DNA of 63,881 nt, filler included, from Folioceros fuciformis (lineage: Eukaryota), in assembly GCA_049999805.1 (NCBI GenBank). It is 5 parts of 5 records of this genome, joined end to end, with 100 filler letters (N's around TTAATTAATTAA, not from the genome) between each part and the next. Parts side by side here need not be neighbours in the genome. Positions count along the whole stretch, not along the records: positions 56,965 to 62,147 come from JBNGIO010005979.1; positions 62,248 to 63,881 come from JBNGIO010005996.1; 3 more parts are not named here. The stretch is one strand, 5' to 3'. Below, piece after piece: positions 59,901-63,881 of the stretch. The notes below the pieces were generated by a model. It made no database searches. It was not told the DNA's origin and saw only the letters and a list, made by a program, of their open reading frames with translations. Position 1 is the first letter of the stretch. Every line of letters starts with the position of its first letter. The position numbers and the translations under genes are program-made.

Positions 59901-61562
59901 CACGACCCCTCGTGAAGGTACGCCCACGGCCTCGACCTCTGCCTGACTTGTTCAGGTACAGGGCCTTGTCACCACTAGCGCCAAGAGTGGTGTTTGCTAT
60001 CTTCCGCCGTGATTCTTCAATTAGCATAGCAGAAATAACCCTATTTACTGTGATTGTAGGGGCGTCTTGGAGCACTTGCACAATGCTGGACCAGGTATCT
60101 GGCAATGTGGTAAGTAGGATTACCGCCATCAGCTCTTCTTCAAGGTTAAAACCTGCTGAGATCACATGGCCCCTCCAGTTTCTAAAGGCCAAGACATGTT
60201 TGTCTACAGTATCACCTTCTTTCATTCTCAAGGTGCTGAACTGCTTGAGGACCAAGGTCTGTAACATGAGATCTCAAGAATCATACACCAGGAGGACTTG
60301 TTTCCACCAGGCATTGGCTATCTCCTCCGCTCCTTGGAAGATGCCAATATGTGAGCTTTTAACACTAAACTGCATAAGAGTTCGTGCAAGCTGATCATTC
60401 TCTAACCACTGCGCTAACTCATCAGGTTGTGTCGCTAGTGGTTTAGGTGTTGGCACTGGAGGGTAGCCAACACCGTGAACGTGGTCCCACAGCTTCCTAG
60501 ACTTGAAGAGTTTAGTCATCCGAAACTTCCAGACTGGAAAATTCTCTCCATCAAATTTATCCTCCTTGGGTATAGTTGTCAAAGAAGGATTGGAGATCTG
60601 CTGTTGGGCCATCGTTCGTTACAGATGTTTCTATAAAATCAGTGGCACAGAGGTAGCCTTGACATAAGGGAATTGGCCAGGCTCATAGTGCAACTTGAAG
60701 GTAACATCCAGAACCTCCACCTCATTCAGATCATACTCTTCCCTTACATAGAATAGAATATGTCTTGCAAACTGCTCTAATAAAATAGCTATTGGTTGTA
60801 CAGGTTTGCTGAGAATAAATCACGAAGGTGACCACATAATAGAGAATACACCGAGGATTTTGAGGATGGCAAATATAGATGAAAGTTGCGAACAGCGTGC
60901 AACATTTTGCTAATCAAGGTCAGTAACGTTGATGGAGCTCCAGACATACCCGTCCAGTGCGGGATACCCTTGTAGAATATTAGTCGCCATCAACTCAAGA
61001 ATAATGCTGATCCTGGCCCACACTTGTTGCCATCGTGTAGATCCAAGGGTACGCATATATCCCTCGTCCCTGGCTGCCAACCACTCCGATAGGGATTGCT
61101 GGCGTTGTGCTCTCCTCGCTAGACGTTATTGTTTCCTATGGCCAGGCATGCTGTGGTACTAACTAGGACTCTTGTGTGCATTCTTACAGGCAAGGTACCT
61201 GAAGGCATCTGCACACAAGGGACTGTCACATCCACAGCGCACCCGTCCAGAGTTGTCATGTCACACACGCTAGAACAAGGAATTTAATAAGCACAAATCG
61301 CAAGTTGAAAGAAAATTCTGCGAAAAATCCAGAAAGCCGGATTTAACACAAGGAATCCACAAACGCATACGCCGGGAGTTAGTGCGCCGTGAATCTAGAA
61401 CACAGCTCTGATACCATGATCAATAGACGCAAGCAAGCTTTGCATTGCTTAGCAAAAGATAGTTACAACGTCCACACCTTGTGAACATATATGACGGTTA
61501 AGTTATTAACCGTCAGTCCTAACCCTAAACCCGCTAATAAGTGTATAACTAACCTATATACA
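56965..61562 (-). mobile_element. Degenerate Ty1/copia element: 5' LTR (61562-61417), PBS, gag, PR, IN, RT
   Basis: TGGTATCAGAGC at 61416-61405; KFDGENFPVWKFRM; CTHCGMTNHSWETC; WYIVSGASQHM; LWHLRLGH; HSDLCGP, FIDDYSR, LRSDNGGEY; KWVFKIK, YKARVVAKG, YVDN; multiple frameshifts. Confidence 0.95.
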
Positions 61563-62147
61563 CTATCACTCTGTAGGGGTAGACAGGATGTGAGTATTGT
61601 TATCCAAATTTAGGTTCCTAATAGAGATGAGATTCCTAGTCATTTCAGGGACATAATATACATCTTTCAGTATGAGTGTGATTCCAGAAGGAACTAGAAT
61701 TTTTATTGTGCCTTTTCTTGGAGACACAAGTGATCTATCATCACCAAGGTAGACAAACTGATTATCTACTAGTCTGTATGTGACGAAAGCATTTCTGTCA
61801 AAGCATATGTGCAATGTTGCACCAGTATCAAGGTACCATTCATTAACTGGTCGACCTTGTATATTTGCAGACAAACAGGTGGGGTTAGCAAAAGGAATCG
61901 CAAACTTCCTTATCCCTATTGTCAGGGCTGAAGGTGAGGCTTGCTTTTTCACCACAACATGTGTCTGAGAAGAGGAGTTGCCCTCCTTGCGAGGTACTCC
62001 GGCCTGCTTCTTTCGACACTCATTTTCCCAATGTCTTGGAACTTGGCACCAATGGCATTTTCCAGTCCTCTTGGGTTTGTTCTGAGTTGTAGCTCGCCGT
62101 TGATGAAGTATAAAAGCGATGTTATGTTATCGACATGTTAAGTAACC
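61563..62147 (-). mobile_element. Copia protease-region remnant interrupted by the adjacent element
   Basis: EWYLDTGATLHIC...VYLGDD...LKDVYYVPEMTRNLIS, broken off at the LTR boundary. Confidence 0.8.
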
Positions 62148-62271
62148 NNNNNNNNNNNNNNNNNNNNNNNNNNNNNNNNNNNNNNNNNNNNTTAATTAAT
62201 TAANNNNNNNNNNNNNNNNNNNNNNNNNNNNNNNNNNNNNNNNNNNNGCGGGGGTGACATCTCAACAGGTT

Positions 62272-63881
62272 ATGGGCCCACACACCCAAGGGACCGTCAC
62301 TCTACAAGTTATCTCAAAGTTTGGAGGTGACAACTTCAACTTGTGGAAGTTCAAGATGCAAATGTTGTTGGCTGAAAAAGGCCTTTGGGGAATTGTGTCG
62401 GGGACCGAGGAGCGTCCAAATGAAGTGGAGAGACAGCCCAAGTGGGATGAGCTTGCAGGCAAGGCCTTTGCAAATATTTGTTTCAACTTAGAAGATGCAC
62501 AATTGATGCATGTGACCACTTGCAAATCAGCAAGAGAGGCTTGGTTGAAATTAGAGGCTTTGTATGAGAACAAGAGCCTTGTGAATCGATTGTTCTTAAG
62601 GCGTAGGTTCTTTTCCATTCAAATGGGTGAGAGTGATAGTGTGATTGAGCATGTAGACAAGGTGAGGAGTCTTTCCCAACAATTGGCAGTCATTGGAGCT
62701 CCTGTGACGGATGATGACCTTGTGATGACTCTTCTTGCAAGCTTGCCGGAGTCATATAACAATTTGATTGTTGCTCTAGAATCAAGAGTAGATGCTCTTA
62801 CATTTGAGGTTGTTGTGGGAAGACTACTCCATGAGGAGACCAAACGAAAGGAGAAGGGGAAGACATCGGAAGAATCAGCCTTTGTGACCAAGAAGATTGG
62901 CGATGGATCAGCCAACCTTGTGAAACAAACCGAGGCCTCTTCATTCACGGGGAGAAATCGTAGATCTAATCTCACTTGCAGTTACTGTGGCAAGGTTGGA
63001 CATTTTGCAAGGAATTGCTTCAAGAGAGATCGAGATGAGAAGACAAAGAGTCAAGGAAACTTCGTGGAAGAGTATGAGGAAGCTTTTGTGTGCACACATC
63101 ATCCCTCCAAGCAAGTCGAAGAATGGTACATTGATTCGGGAGCTACGGAGCACATGACCAATAGGCGTGAGTGGTTCCAATCTTTCAAGTCCATTGCTGC
63201 TACCAAGATCTATTTGGGTGATAATTCAATCCAAATGTGTGAGGGGGAAGGTGTTGTGGCAATGGATATGACCACACCTAACGGAGTAGTGCGTGGGATG
63301 TTGAAAAGGGTGCTATACGTACCAGGCTTGGGGAAGAACTTGTTTTCCGTGAGTGCAGCCACCTCTCTAGGATTGATAGTGAGATTTGAAGGATCTAATG
63401 TGTCTTTCACTAATGCGCACGGAAAAGTGAGGGCACAAGGAGAAAAGATTGGCAAGCTCTATTGCTTGAGTGGGAGCGTTGTCATGCCGAGGTCGAGCAT
63501 CGAGGAGGCAAATGTGGTACAAAAGAACACTAACAAGTTGCTCTTATGGCACCAAAGGCTAGGACATCTTGGCGTTCAAAACATCAAGCTCATGGATCGT
63601 AAGAAAATGGTGCAAGGACTCGATCTTGGTGAAGACGAAGACATTGGCGTTTGCAAAGGGTGTATTATGGGTAAGCAACACCGCCTTCCATTTCCAAAGC
63701 AAGGAAGTAGATCCAATCATTTGTTAGAGGTGGTGCATACAGACATCTGTGGTCCCATGAAGACTACATCCATAGGAGGTGCTAAGTATTTTCTTACCTT
63801 CACGGATGATAAGTCTAGATATACGAAGGTGTATTTTTTGAAATCCAAGGAGGCATGCTTCTCCAAATTCAAGGAGTACAA
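62272..63881 (+). mobile_element. Ty1/copia gag-pol, open frame running off the window
   Basis: FGGDNFNLWKFKM, CSYCGKVGHFARNC, EWYIDSGATEHM, LWHQRLGH, VHTDICGP and FTDDKSR all fall in one frame with no stop seen. Confidence 0.93.

Overview
Eukaryotic land-plant nuclear DNA, not prokaryotic. The compact genes, ~80-150 bp GT-AG introns, ~50% GC and many PLS-class PPR genes (one with long L-motif insertions) suggest a seed-free plant, most likely a hornwort; the taxon is inferred. It is a draft assembly: four gaps carry an artificial N..TTAATTAATTAA..N linker, so adjacency across them is unproven. Recognisable genes: organellar GYRA (5' part), class I small HSP, RPS29, eIF6 (with a candidate intronic C/D snoRNA), glycine cleavage H, pyridoxal reductase-like AKR, DUF1749 hydrolase, IFR/PCBER-like reductase with a duplicated last exon, a decayed receptor kinase with two phytocyanin/ENODL-like ectodomains, a cluster of intact and decaying PPR editing-factor genes, ARP AP-endonuclease, tRNA-Arg(ACG), cytosolic HSP70, FMO1-like monooxygenase and UTP21/WDR36 (5' part). 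Mobile DNA includes several Ty1/copia pieces (one with an extra ORF before gag) and a degenerate CRE-like non-LTR retroelement. The best novelty leads are the ENODL-kinase receptor architecture, the eIF6-intron snoRNA, the copia extra ORF and the duplicated terminal exon. All assignments come from motif recognition; no searches were run.
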